From Glaucostegus cemiculus (Eukaryota): a DNA stretch of 64,000 nt. Location of the stretch: the NCBI GenBank assembly GCA_976551045.1, contig CDPCPM010000281.1, positions 9,424,001 through 9,488,000 of the forward strand, in the 5' to 3' direction. Both the position numbers and the translations under genes were made by a program. Of the stretch, positions 49,396 to 61,480 are shown one piece after another (within the stretch, counting starts at the first letter, position 1; the number at the start of each line of letters is the position of its first letter). The notes under the pieces are model-generated. The model did no database searches and was not told the origin of the DNA. It saw nothing but the letters and a program-made list of their open reading frames with translations.

Positions 49396-51179
49396 TCATA
49401 ACATGTGACTTACTGCTGCCTGGATTATTAATCATTGAATTTGCTTGAAGCTGCCCGTCTATATGGAATAAGCACTCAGTGGAAATACATTGCCTGGTCC
49501 TCTGTAAATTCTTAAGAGAGTGAATAAAGGAAGATATGGAAACACTGAGTGGCAGTTGTTTTGGTTAAAAAGGACATCTTGTGGGAAATTAGAGATAACA
49601 TTGCTGTTTACACCAAGAAATCCCATTGGACCAAATTAGCTGCATCACATGACTGGTCAAAAACTTATGAGAGTAAGCAATAATTGTTTTGAATTTAGCC
49701 CAGTTAAGACTTTAAAATGAAAATCGCCCAGATTACTTAAGAAGAAAATAGGGTAAGCATTGTTTTGCCTCTCATAATATAGCAATCTATGTTACATGTC
49801 TACTTTATGATGGCAGTAATTCACAGGAAGTTTAGTTCTCACCACAGTAAGGAAGTGAAATTAATAGCTACAAAGCTAGAGAGATTTATGTGATTGATTA
49901 AGCTACAACAGAACAAGTCTGCAATAAAAGGCAGCAGCAAAATTGGTAATTATCATGAATTCAAATGATTATGTGGACCAGAGTTTCACTGACAAGTCAG
50001 TTATCCCACATTCTACCTGTATTATGGCCACTAAAATGCATTATTTGATAATTAACAGTTGAGAGACATAAATTATAGAGTGCAGCAATTCACTTACACC
50101 ATTCAGCAATCTTTTAAAAGTGCCAAACTGCAACATAATACATGTGTATACAAAACCCAATTTTATTTCTTCAAATACCACACTGGTCTGGAATATAAGT
50201 CAATGGAAAATCCACAAAAACGACTGATCAAGTTCCAAATCCCTTAAGAAGAGAAATTTCTGAAAGTCCATTCCTTATTTGGAACACATTAATTAAAGTG
50301 TTAAAGGTATGAAGTATTGATGTCTTTCCCCAGCCTTCCCCCAAGGTAATGTCTTGTACTTGTTCGGCCCTGAGGTATAGTTGCACTAACTGAAAAAGCC
50401 CCACTAAGACCAATTAAGGCCTTTACTAAGAGGCTGAGAGGAAGACAAATGGAGGTAGAAAGCCCGATTACAAGGAACCTTTGTACAGATGTAAAGCAAT
50501 TAGAAGAGTCTCTAGGGCCAGACAGAGCGGTACCTGCAAGTAATGGATCCTGCAGCTTGTCTAAACTTGGAACAATTCCTCTTTTTTATGTGTTATGGGG
50601 ATAAATGCAGCCTGGTAATAGTATCATGTAACAGTTGATAGTAGAGTATAGCTTTCCCAGGCCTACTGAAGTAGCGCTAGTTTCCTGAATGGTATTACTT
50701 TAACCTCAGAAGTCCATCAGATTTGATCTACTCAGTGTTATGCATCTTGCAGATTTTTACTTGCCTTAATTAAGATCAATGAGGAATGGATGAGTGAACA
50801 GCCAGAAATGACTTACTCTTGAAAGGACAAGCTTGTTGATCCATATTCTTGCAAATCTTTCAACAATTCCTTAACCAAGGAATAGTAGCAGCCTTCATTT
50901 AACAACACCAAAATAAGGTGAAATTACTTAAAAGGGACAATAAACCTTAAATGTAAAGAACTGAAAAAATAATTAACAGTGGAAAGATTAGCACCATTAC
51001 TGGTTTTCAAAAGTGGGACTGAACATTTCAAAGAAAACTTAACAAAAGGTACCGTCTAATATCCCTAATATATTTAGGTTTCATACTCTCTTCATTATTG
51101 CACGAGGAACAGATGTCAATGACTTTGGAGGAATTTTCAGAATACAGTGGGATTTGATTTAATGCCTAAAATATAAATA

Positions 51180-51600
51180 AATAGGAAATTTTTATTTATA
51201 GGGCTCCTTTGCACAGTGATTCAATCAATGAACAGTAATGCCTGTGTCTACATAGATTAATGTAGCAACCATTTTGTGCACAGCAAGGTTCCATCAGAGT
51301 ATCGTAGATTTACTGTGGTAAACAGGGAGGCCTTTGACCGTTTGAGTCCATGCTGGCTCCAAGCAGAGCAATCTTGGGGGATGTATTCCCTTGCTCTTTC
51401 CCTTGATCGTGGGATGCTCTAAAATTCATCCATGAGGGAAATTGGCAATCTTGGTTTCCTGTGTCATCCAAAAGATAGCACTACAAGCAGTCCACTGTCT
51501 TTTCGATGCTATACAGAAATGTCTTGATCATGTGATCAAGTTCTGGATTGGATCTCAAAACCACAACATTCATACTCCATGCTGGGAGGCATTGCAGCTT
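51180..51600 (-). mobile_element. DeuSINE with a nested short CR1 tail (about 51305-51405)
   Basis: attttgtgcacagcaagg; ggaggcctttgaccgtttgagtccatgctggctc; tcatccaaaagatagcact. Confidence 0.5.
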
Positions 51601-52744
51601 ATGTCTGTTCAAGCTTCGTGAAAGTAAGAGAAGTTAACGAGTGATAGCTTGAGAAAGACTGTTGTCGTACATAACTTCTGTGCTGCTTTAAAACTAATGC
51701 CTGGAACATCATCCTTGACTGGTAGTGCTTAGCATACAAAATGGCAGTGGTTGTTTATTTACTCTCCTTCTGATATTTGGCTCCACTGAAGCCAAAATGT
51801 TGGATGCTACAGACAGAACACAAATTTCTTCTGTTAGTCTTTAACAGCAGAGAGGTTCTCTGCATACTGTATTTGAAACTGACTCAAACCACTGCTATCA
51901 GAAAAGCTTTGATTTCTAAGGTTATTACAGAAGTCTGACTGAAACTGCTAAAAAGTTAAAGGATTTGATGCAGAAGAGACTGATATGTTCCAACAACGTA
52001 CTTCAGTGGTGCTAAGTGGAAGTAATCTATTTAAGCAAACAAACTGAGTGACATTCCTCAGTATGTCGCCTTTTCTACTTGAAACTCCATACCGTTGTAA
52101 GTGTCCTGATTAAGGAAAGGATAAATGTTCTTTTAACTGTTGGAGGATTGTTATTTCCTTTTAACAATCCGTCATTGCATACAGGCAGCAAGGCTCTTAA
52201 ACTGTTCACACTAAGAATGATGAGCATGAGCTGGTGCCTGCTCCAGTCTGCAAACTTTCAGAAGCAACCTTATTCCAGGGCTTCTCAATTACCTACTGTG
52301 CATTTTGAGAAAGCACCTGCAAGTCAACCTGTGTGAATCCCAGCCTCATGGTAATGTGGTGCAGAAGACCAGGGCACCATTTTCTACACCAGTATCATGC
52401 AAGAGAGTCGAAGTGGCAGAAATAGGACCTCCACTTGTTTTCAAACATTTCTTAAGCCATAGGAATGATTGTGGCCTAACATTCTGTGCTCACTGTGACA
52501 TTTTTACATCATCTTTCTGACCCATTCAATGTCTTGGCATGATAAAAAGCTCAACATAGGAGGCAACATCACATTTGGATGAGCAGTTGTCAAAATGTAT
52601 ACATGCATGATGTTCCATTTCAAAAGAGGAGAGAATTTCCAAAAGGGAATAAATAAAAAAGAAAGACAGTAAATAAAGATATTTACATTGACCTGTGTGA
52701 GAACACTATAATTACAATGCAGGCTGCTTAATTCTGTAAGTAGT

Positions 52745-53210
52745 ATGAGGGCAGGGCGTAGGAGGGGTTAGACAAACTTGGGTTGTTTTCTCTGGATCAG
52801 CGGAGGCCGAGGGGTGGTCTGATAGAAGTTCATAAGATTATGAGAGGCATAGATGGAGTATACAGCCCATATCTTTTTTCCAGGATCCAAATGTCTAATA
52901 CTGGAGAGCATGTATTTAAGGTGAGAGGGAACAAGTTCAAAGGAGATGTGCGGGCAAGTTTTATTTACACAGAGAGTGGTGGGTGCCTGGAATGTGCTGC
53001 CAGTGATGGTGGTGAGACAAATACAGTACGAAGGACATTTAAAAGGCTGTTAAATAGGCACGTGGATGTCCAGAGAATGGAGGAATATGGACGTTGTGTT
53101 GGCAGAAGGGACTAGTTTACTTAGGCATTTAACTACTTGTTTAATTAGTTAGGCACATCATTTTGGGCCAAAGGTCTTGTTTCTGTGCTGAGCTGTTCTA
53201 GATTCTATGC
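52745..53210 (+). mobile_element. CR1 3' fragment
   Basis: FSLDQRRPRGGLIEVHKIMRGID...HVFKVRGNKFKGDVR and CR1 tail. Confidence 0.9.
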
Positions 53211-54824
53211 TGGTGGTTGACATGCCTCTGTAAAGAACGTAAATTTGCAAAGTAATTAATGCCTTTCTTCTTTCTCTAATTCAAGTTCGATTAAGAAAAT
53301 CTGGAGCTTTCACCATTATCGCACTGATGGACTTTTCTAATTTGCAGTGGCTTTTGCAAGTCTTCGTGTAATTACATTCATCGCATATCAGCTGGATTCC
53401 GAATCACTTTCACAAGCTTCTCATCAACACTCTTTTGATGAGTTCTTTCCTGCAAGTGTTATTCAGTGGCAAATAATATGTGCAATGCAACTTCTGAGAA
53501 ATAAGAAGAGACTTAGTTTATTTTTCTTGCATTGGTGGCAATCAGTTTTACCAGCAATATTCTCATTCTTTGCAGAGTATTTGGAGCAATGCACAATTAG
53601 CCAAACTTTTCACGTTAGCTGGGATCACTGTTAACTGACAGAGGAGTGTTGGTGCCTAATACTGAACAGGGTTTTTAAGTGGACCCATATCTGTAAAACA
53701 TACCCATATGCTTTGTATGGTTGTATGCCATGCAAGGAGGATTATCAGCATAAACTTTGAACCACTGAATGCTAGTACATTGGCTTAGATCTTCATCCTT
53801 GGTCATCTGTACTAAATATATCATACAGCAGTGTGATGCATTGTAGTCTGCCTCTAAAATTCAGTTTAATGCAACTAAGAAAATAAAGCCATGTTTTATT
53901 GCACTTTCATTCATTAGGCAGCGATGTCTTATGCATCTGATTCCAGCACATTTAGAAACTATCTATATGAGGATTAAACACCTCATGCTTAATTTCAGTT
54001 AAAAATTGCTGAAAAGCTGGGTTTAAGGAATAAGACTTTACTTTTCCAAATACAAGAATCTGAATTATCCTATCATTCTGCTGGATAAATTGGGCAAACT
54101 GAGTACAAAATGGTGATTTTGGGGAACTGCATATCAAGATTTACGTGGTATTTAATCTTTTCCCACCCCCTTGTCAATTTTCCTTCAAGTGTTTTAGGTC
54201 GCATTCTAAGCATATTTCTTCAAGAAATTATGTTACAATTGAAGAGGTGCTTACCATATCAGTTATATTAATACCCATTAATAGTAATCCTTTACTCACA
54301 GTGATCAATATCTACTTTCCTAACCCATGTGATCAGTCCTATTGCAACCATTTTAGTGATCGTTGAAACTCTTGCCCACTTTGTTGGCTTCCTCCTGCTT
54401 ATGGAAAATCCATGCATAGGAGTTGGTGGCATCACCATTGTGTGAAAACAATGCACAAATTCAAACAACCAATGGACCAATCAATGCTACTTGGCAGTTG
54501 GGAGTATTTCAAACAGTTGAACACACTAAGGATTACTATTTTAGGTTAGGAGCATGAATCAAACACAAAGCTTTGATAGCACATCAAAAAAATTGCAAAG
54601 CTTGAAATAACAATTTTATCCAAGGGAGTATGATTGAAAGAGTTGAAGCTCAACAAATATCGTTCTACAATTAGAACCAAAAATGCTTTTCCACACACGT
54701 AATCTGAGATGGTTGTTTGGATTACCATGTGTGGCCTTTCCTGTACCCACAGGTATCCTGGAGAGTAGTTTCAAACTAATTAAGTTCCACAAGAAGCTAA
54801 TTTACTGCTCTCTAATGAAATAAA

Positions 54825-55205
54825 AGCTTACATTTATAAAGTACATCTCACATCCTCGGGGTGTTGTGAAGTGCTTCATAGCCAATGAAGGATTTTTGAA
54901 GTGTCGACTCTGCTGTAATGTGGGAAACTCATTTAAGCACCAGCCCTGCACGAGTCCCACAAACAGCAACGTGAGAATATCCAGACATTATTTACTTTAG
55001 TTATGCTGTTTAAGGGATAAATATTGGCCAGCAGATTCCTCTGCTTAATTTTTTCTCTAACTGTAACAAAGGATTTTCTTTAACAACTAGCTGTGAGGGA
55101 AGATTGAGCCTTCATTTAACATCTCAAGCAAACGTCTGACATTGTAGACTTGAATCCCTAATGATCTGACTCACAGTTGTGAGTGCTTCCAACTGAGCCA
55201 TAGCT
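54825..55205 (-). mobile_element. DeuSINE
   Basis: cttacatttataaag...gccaatgaag...agggataaatattggcca...caactgagcca. Confidence 0.7.
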
Positions 55206-55590
55206 AACTTAATGATATACTAGCTGAAGCAGTATCAAGGAGAAAATTTCCATGTTGTTGGCACCATCAAGACAGATGGAGACCAAACAGTAAAGATTAA
55301 GGTTTAGATGGCATTCCATCATGGATGAAGAATGGCTAGCAGAGAAAGCATGATCTTCTGGACAAGGGAACTACCCGGTGGATTTAACCCTGAGAGAGAC
55401 ACATGATCCTGAAGAGGAGCAGGTGATGGTGAGGGAGAGCTGGTGCAGACTCAAGGATGTTCTGTTGGTCCTTTGCCATTCTGCTTCAGTTTACTTTTAA
55501 GCTCATGGGCAACTCCCTTGTCTCATGCCGTTTCCAACCCCTTGAGATCTTTAACTAATAATGGACCCAGAGTTTTTAAAAAAAGCAAAA

Positions 55591-56080
55591 TGGAGACACA
55601 AGAGACTGTAGATGATGGACTCTAGTTCTTCCTGCACACACCCCAGCCCCCATTGCCCCTGTTTCTTTCACCTCCTCAACCCACTCCATCTGCCCGTCAC
55701 TCACACTGTCCTCCTACTGGGTCCCTTCCCCCAATGTTCCCATCTGCCCTCCACATCTCCCTCGCTTGGTCCCATGCTCCACCTTCCTCTCGTCAGATTC
55801 CATCATCTTCAGCCTTTGGTTGCTTCCACCTGTCACTTCTCAGTTTCTGTCATTATTTCCACTCTCCCCTCCTCCATCTATCTCTCATCCCTCCTCACTT
55901 GGATCCATCTGTCGCTTGCTGGTTCTCACTCCATCCCTTCCATCCACCATGTTGTATTGGCTATTTCCCCTCTATCTTTCAGTCCAGATGAAGGGTCTCA
56001 ACCCCAAACATCGACTGTCCATTTCCCTCCATCAATGCCGCCTGACTCAGTTCCTCGAGCATCTGTGCGTTGCTCAAAAT
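55591..56080 (+). mobile_element. Penelope-like 3' UTR and terminal repeat with inverted 30-nt tail
   Basis: Inverted gagacacaagagactgtagatg at 55593; CT-rich UTR; hammerhead relic cagtc-CAGATGA-agggtctcaaccc-CAAA-c-ATC-gactg at 55980-56017. Confidence 0.8.
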
Positions 56081-56559
56081 TGTAGAAACCCTTGTAACTA
56101 TTTTTAAGCCACTGGAATTAATTTCCACAGGATCTTCCCACAGATTTCAAAAGTTTTAAAACAAATTAGATCACATTAGATTTAAATTATTATGTCAGTT
56201 TGGTAAATGAGATATAAATAAATACTCTTGTACAGTTCTGTATTTACAAATGAAAGATTAGCTGAAGGGGCAAAATACAACATTAAAATCATTCTCTCAG
56301 TACCACAATTACAAGAAGACAGTCAGAGAAGATGTGAATATTATCAGACAGACATAGTTCTGACAGTGTTAATAAGCACAAGATGGTAAATATTCTGAAT
56401 GTTGACTTGCTTTAGTAACCCACAAGAAAAGATATAAACAGCATCTAGTCCTTCAAAATAAAACTACCAAGGCATAATTTGGGACTATAATGCAAGTAAA
56501 ATGGAAGTCCTAGACAAATTGAAATGGTTTAAAATAAATAAATATGGTTTATATTTATC

Positions 56560-57100
56560 CCTCTGTTGAGAAAGGCTGATGAGGAGATTTGAGGCACTGC
56601 CAATCATTGTGAGGTAATCAATAGACAGGCGGGGCAGAGACATGGATTGACAAATGACTAAAGAGGTTCCCATATAAAATATAAGTGGCAAAATAGACAC
56701 AGGCATCTGCAGATCCATTAGTTTTCCTTCAGTTCTATGTAAAATAATATAATTGATTGGGGATTGAGGAAGGGTGAGGATTATCTCTGCATCGACTGAG
56801 TAATTGCAGTCATTATTGCCTGGAGAAGAACTCGGTTGCTGGATCAACTATCTCTCTTTGCCTGAGGAAGTGACAACTTACACTGAGTGTGATAAACCAT
56901 GCAGTGTCATGCATTTAGATTTCTTATGGACATTTGGTAAAGTTCACTCAAAAGATTATAAATTACAAGCTGTGAAGGTTAAAGCAGAACTTGGGCATGA
57001 ATTAAAAACAAACTGGCTTATGATTGGAAAATAATTACAGGTAGAGTACTTGTTATAGGATTATGACTAAGGTGCCTCACAATCTCTTAATATTAAAACC
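56560..57100 (+). mobile_element. Very old CR1 RT relic
   Basis: CWINYLSLPEEVT...CSVMHLDFLWTFGKVH resembles CLTNL..FFEEVT...DVVYLDF.KAFDKVPH. Confidence 0.55.
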
Positions 57101-57599
57101 AGTATATCACCGCACTTCATAAAGGTAACAGGTGGCATCTATATTCAAAAATGATTTTCTATCAATTTCTGAACAAATTACACTTACTGTATTTGTTTAA
57201 CAACATCTGGATTAATTTGCTCAAGTTTATAGTTTCAACCAATCTTGTTAAGTGTATGGAGAGCTTAGCTAGTTTGTTTTTTTGTAAACTTTTAAACTCC
57301 TTACAGATTCTAAGCTAATTTAACAGGAAGGTCACTAAGCTGTACAGAGACACTCGTTACTGATCCATAAGAAATAAAGTTAAAGACAACATTGTTTTGA
57401 GATATTCTGTCATAGGAGGTGCAAAACTGAGTGGCGTTTCTTTGCTGATGCCAGAACTTGAGACGATGGGGCAGGTGCATAAGGTCATGTAGTGAAAAAG
57501 AAATACGAGAAGTTATGGTTCACATGGCAACAAGCAAACCAAATAGGTGAAGACAGAATTTTAGGGAACAAGAAACAGATTCAATAGAAAGGACTTTCA

Positions 57600-58020
57600 A
57601 GGTAGATTGACATCCCATCCACCAGTGTAAATAATGATACTCTCCAGCAGCATTTCCCTCTGGCTGCAGTGTGTACCATCTAAAAAATACTTTGCAGTTA
57701 TTTGCTTTGACTATTCTGACAGCATCTCCCAAACCCTCGATTTCAACCACAAAGAGGGACAAGGGTTTCAGATGCTTAGAAACAACACTGTGCAGGTGTC
57801 CCTCCAAGTCACACACCGTCCTCACTTGAAAATATATTCCCATTGTCATTGCATCCGCATCCCAGAACTTCCTTTCTAACGGCATTGTGGGAGTATCTCC
57901 ATCAGATGGATTGAAGCATTTCAAGAAGGTGGCTCACCACCATGGGCAATTCAGGATAGCCAATAAATTGTGACCTTGCCAGCTATGTCCACATCACAAA
58001 GAAAGCTTGAATAAAAAAAA
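57600..58020 (+). mobile_element. CR1-clade LINE 3' end, second family
   Basis: gctgcagtgtgtaccatct...cagcatctcccaaaccc...ttcaagaaggtggctcaccacca...caataaat...ccttgccagc, then an A-rich end. Confidence 0.7.
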
Positions 58021-58339
58021 TAGATAGTGCTTCAAGATTGCTTCCCACCCTGCTCATTGGTTCTTAGAAGATGGTCAATATTTAGCCAGAGGAGGGAAGG
58101 TCTCATATTTTTTGGCCTCTGGCACAACTTTACCTAAACTAACAAGGTACAAATGCCTCAAGCAAGAGAGTGAATAAAACAAGTGGAAAGGATTTAAACC
58201 TAAGGAAACAAGGATGAAAGAATAATGATCTGTACCAAAGAGTAATGATTGTACATAATGACAATATCATGTGGATACAGTAAGGAACAATAAAATGTGA
58301 ATGCTAATGACATAAGAAATGGTGAATGAATTTGAAATG

Positions 58340-58940
58340 TTTTATAACAGGGAGTTATTAGATAAACTGATACCCCGTGATAGAAGAAACAAGTTGGCAG
58401 CAGATCTTCAGGACCATACATTCTTTGGAAGAAAAGAATAAGTGTGGAGTTGGATAGGTGGGATTACATAAGAGAGAAGCTTTATACATTGCTGCAAGGA
58501 ATGAACTAGGAATTTGCACGGTCCATTTGCAGAAATGATAATGTCCTGAAGATATTTAGGAACTCGCTTAAAGAGTTAGAGCTAAGACCTCAATTGTAAT
58601 TCTGGGGATCTTCAATCATCTTGGTGCAGGGAGGGATTCCCTGTGAGCAGAGCTCTGTATACATTAGGGAGTTTATTGAAATATTTTAAGAATCTTTCCT
58701 TAAACAGCAGTTTAGTGAACCCACAAGGGGAACGTTAATATTACATCCTAACTTCTAATAAGTGAAATAAGAGAGCTTTTAGGTCAGTGATCATAAAGTT
58801 ACTAAGTTTAAGATTGAAATGAGGGCAGAACACATAATGAAAACTATTTAAAACATAGTTCAGAGGCTCAGAGGAACTGAAACTATGTACAGAAGGAATA
58901 AGAAAGGAACTATTTAAAGAGAACTTATGGAGAAAAATGG
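58340..58940 (+). mobile_element. Degraded CR1 APE endonuclease region
   Basis: ctggggatcttcaat (GDFN-like), gaacccacaaggg (EPTR) and agtgatcat (SDH) in the correct order. Confidence 0.5.
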
Positions 58941-58951
58941 GGTGAGTTTTC

Positions 58952-59055
58952 AGTAGTTCTGATGGCAGGTCATTGACCTGAAACATTGACACTCATTCTC
59001 TCTCTGCAGATGCTGTCTGATCTGCTGAATATTTCTAGTATTTTGTATTTTCACT
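58952..59055 (+). mobile_element. Penelope terminal-repeat fragment with hammerhead-like core
   Basis: gtt-CTGATGG-c-AGGTCattGACCT-GAAA-CATT-gac, then cagatgctgtctgatctgctgaatatttc. Confidence 0.7.
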
Positions 59056-59596
59056 TTTTACTTTTAAAGATTTTTAAAATTTTATCAGAGAAATTAGTTG
59101 AGAACCAAGCAGGTGGAAGAAATCCCGATACATACCAGGTTTTCTCCCTGTTCTCCCAAATAGGGAGAGAAATAAAATCAGGTAGCAGAAAATAAGAAAA
59201 TAGATGAGGGATGTGAAGGGAAATGCAGTGGAAAGTACAAAGAGAAATAACAGAGAATATCATGACAAAGAGAAGGGTACAGAAGGATGTTTGTTCATTA
59301 TCCACTGTCTGTTGGTAGTGATGTCTGAGGTGGCAGAATTTCTAAATCAATAAACTCTACATGGTGTTGTTCACAGTGAATCAGACAACATAGCCACTCA
59401 CTTACTTGTCCCTGATGTCTTTATGTTACTGACTGTCGAGTGAACTTCTTCTGTTTCTCCTTGACTTTCTCACCAGCTGCTTCATTTTTCCTCGGTCTGC
59501 CTTTTCACTTTGGGTGGGAAGTGAGCAGACAAAGGCTGCATCATGCATTCGGATAGATATCACCAGAAAACATTGTCCCAGGAGCCTGTCTTATCA

Positions 59597-59851
59597 CTCC
59601 ACCCCCACCTCCACCTCCCACACCCCTCCCCTCCCCTCCACCCCTCCCCTCCCCTCCACCCCTCCACCTCTTCCACCTCTTCCACCTCCCCCACCCCACA
59701 CCTCCCCCCCCACCTCCCACACCTCCCCCCCCCACCTCCCCCCCCCACCTCCCCACCTCCACACCTCCCCCCCCCACCTCCCACACCTCCCCCCCCCTCA
59801 CCTCAACCCCCCCCCCCTCACCTCAACCCCCCCCCCTCACCTCAACCCCCA
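59597..59851. repeat. C-rich compound minisatellite / low-complexity tract
   Basis: Successive units ctccacccctcccctccc, ctcttccac, cccccacctcccacacct and ccccctcacctcaa. Confidence 0.9.
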
Positions 59852-60629
59852 CAACGTCTGCTTCTTGGCTTGTCTTTATGTTGTTCCCACCTTTACACCA
59901 CCAGCCCACTGCCTCCTCTCTGCTCTGCACTTTTCATCATTTATTTATCTTCCTATTTATCCTACCTATGCCATCCTTATAAACCCCAGTCCATTGCTCT
60001 CAGTGACTCAATTTCTCCATAATGCTCCACCTACATTTCTCAATTCCCACTTAGTTCTGTAAAAGATAGGTGTACCCCTATTTCAAAGGGATTCCCCCCA
60101 ACTTCCTTTGTCAGTTTCCCTCCAGTTGTTTTAGTTTGAATTCTAAACATGCTTTTTCAAGAAATTACATTGCAATAGAGGAAGTAAAAATCTGCCGGTT
60201 TACCTTGCTCTGTATTTGTATCTTTTCTCTGTCTCATGATGAGTGAAATTCGAATCTCTTACAGGTGTACACAATTAACATTGATCTTCTTTGTCAACAA
60301 AACACAAATGAGGTAATTAGTTGGGCTCAAATTTTAACTGGCAATTCTTTGAAAGTTAGGCTCATATTACATGAAGTAAAAATATACCTCGTATTCCATA
60401 TCTCACCAGTGTTCTTCTTATATCATTCGATTGGGGCTCAGAAGCTCAGTCTAATTTAACACTGTGTTAACATTTCCATTTCATGTATTTTTCTCAGCAA
60501 TAATAAATGGAATTTGTTGCACATGTGAAAGGGATTCGCAACTTTTCCTTGAGAATCCATTAAGCTCAGTTTTAGGCTGCTGAGGCAGAAATATAGGCTT
60601 GCTAAATCTACTTGCAGGTCCTCACACAT

Positions 60630-60950
60630 TCTTCACAGGGTCTTGCACTTCCAACCATCATACTAGGCAGTAGGGAGACTTCACCTGTGTACAGTTTTGA
60701 TCTCCTCATTTCAGAAGGGGTATACTTGCAATGGAGGCAGGTCAGAAAAGGTTCAAGAGTTAATTCCTGGGGTGGAGAGCAATCTTTTGAGGAACAACTG
60801 AACACGTTGGAGTATAGAAGATTGAGGGAGAATCTTATTGAAACATATATGAGATTTTGAGGGTATTCAACAAGATAAACAGTGAGAGGTTGCTTCTCCT
60901 TATGGTGGGATCTTCCACAGGGGGACATATTTCCAAAAAGGTCCACAAGA
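60630..60950 (+). mobile_element. CR1 fragment
   Basis: SFEEQLNTLEYRRLRENLIETY resembles CR1 LE.RRLRGDLIE.YK. Confidence 0.65.
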
Positions 60951-61004
60951 TTTAATCAGTATGCAATTCAATGTTCTATTGCTGACTTAAATGTTCACAA
61001 TGAA

Positions 61005-61395
61005 ACTCTGGAGCAAAGAAGACTGAGGGGGTGACCTGATAGAAGTATATAACTTTATGAGAAGTGCAGGTAAGGTAGACAGTCAAACTATTTTTACCAT
61101 GGCAAGGGTATTGAAATCAAGAGGGCATATGTTTAAAGTGAGAAGAAGCAGTTTTAAAGGGAATCTTGTGGTAGGTTTTTTATGCAGACAGTGGTTGATA
61201 TCTGGAACCCACTGCCAGAGGAGGTGGTGAAATCCAATACAATCACTGTGCTTCAGAGGCTTTTAGGCAGACATTGGCAAGGCATAAAAGACAGTCCTAA
61301 TGTGGGTAAATGGGATTAGTTATAGTTGGGCTCAAAGGATGGCATGGACATGGTGGGCTGAAGGGCCTGTTTCTGTTCTGTACAACTCTGACAAC
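61005..61395 (+). mobile_element. CR1 3' end
   Basis: ctggagcaaagaagactgagggggtgacctgatagaagtatat...gggctgaagggcctgtttctgttctgtacaactctgac. Confidence 0.85.
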
Positions 61396-61425
61396 ACAAT
61401 GCTGCAATTTCCACATTCACTGTTC

Positions 61426-61427
<2 letters not shown>

Positions 61428-61478
<51 letters not shown>
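61428..61478. repeat. (TG)n microsatellite, about 25 units
   Basis: Perfect dinucleotide run. Confidence 0.95.

Positions 61479-61480
<2 letters not shown>

Noticed and set aside
55612-56107. Three overlapping Ser/Pro/Leu-rich ORFs
   Set aside because: They lie in the CT-rich Penelope 3' UTR; a compositional artefact.
59514-60062. Pro-rich and Gly-rich ORFs (182, 159, 86 and 74 aa)
   Set aside because: By-products of the C-rich low-complexity tract, which lacks stop codons.
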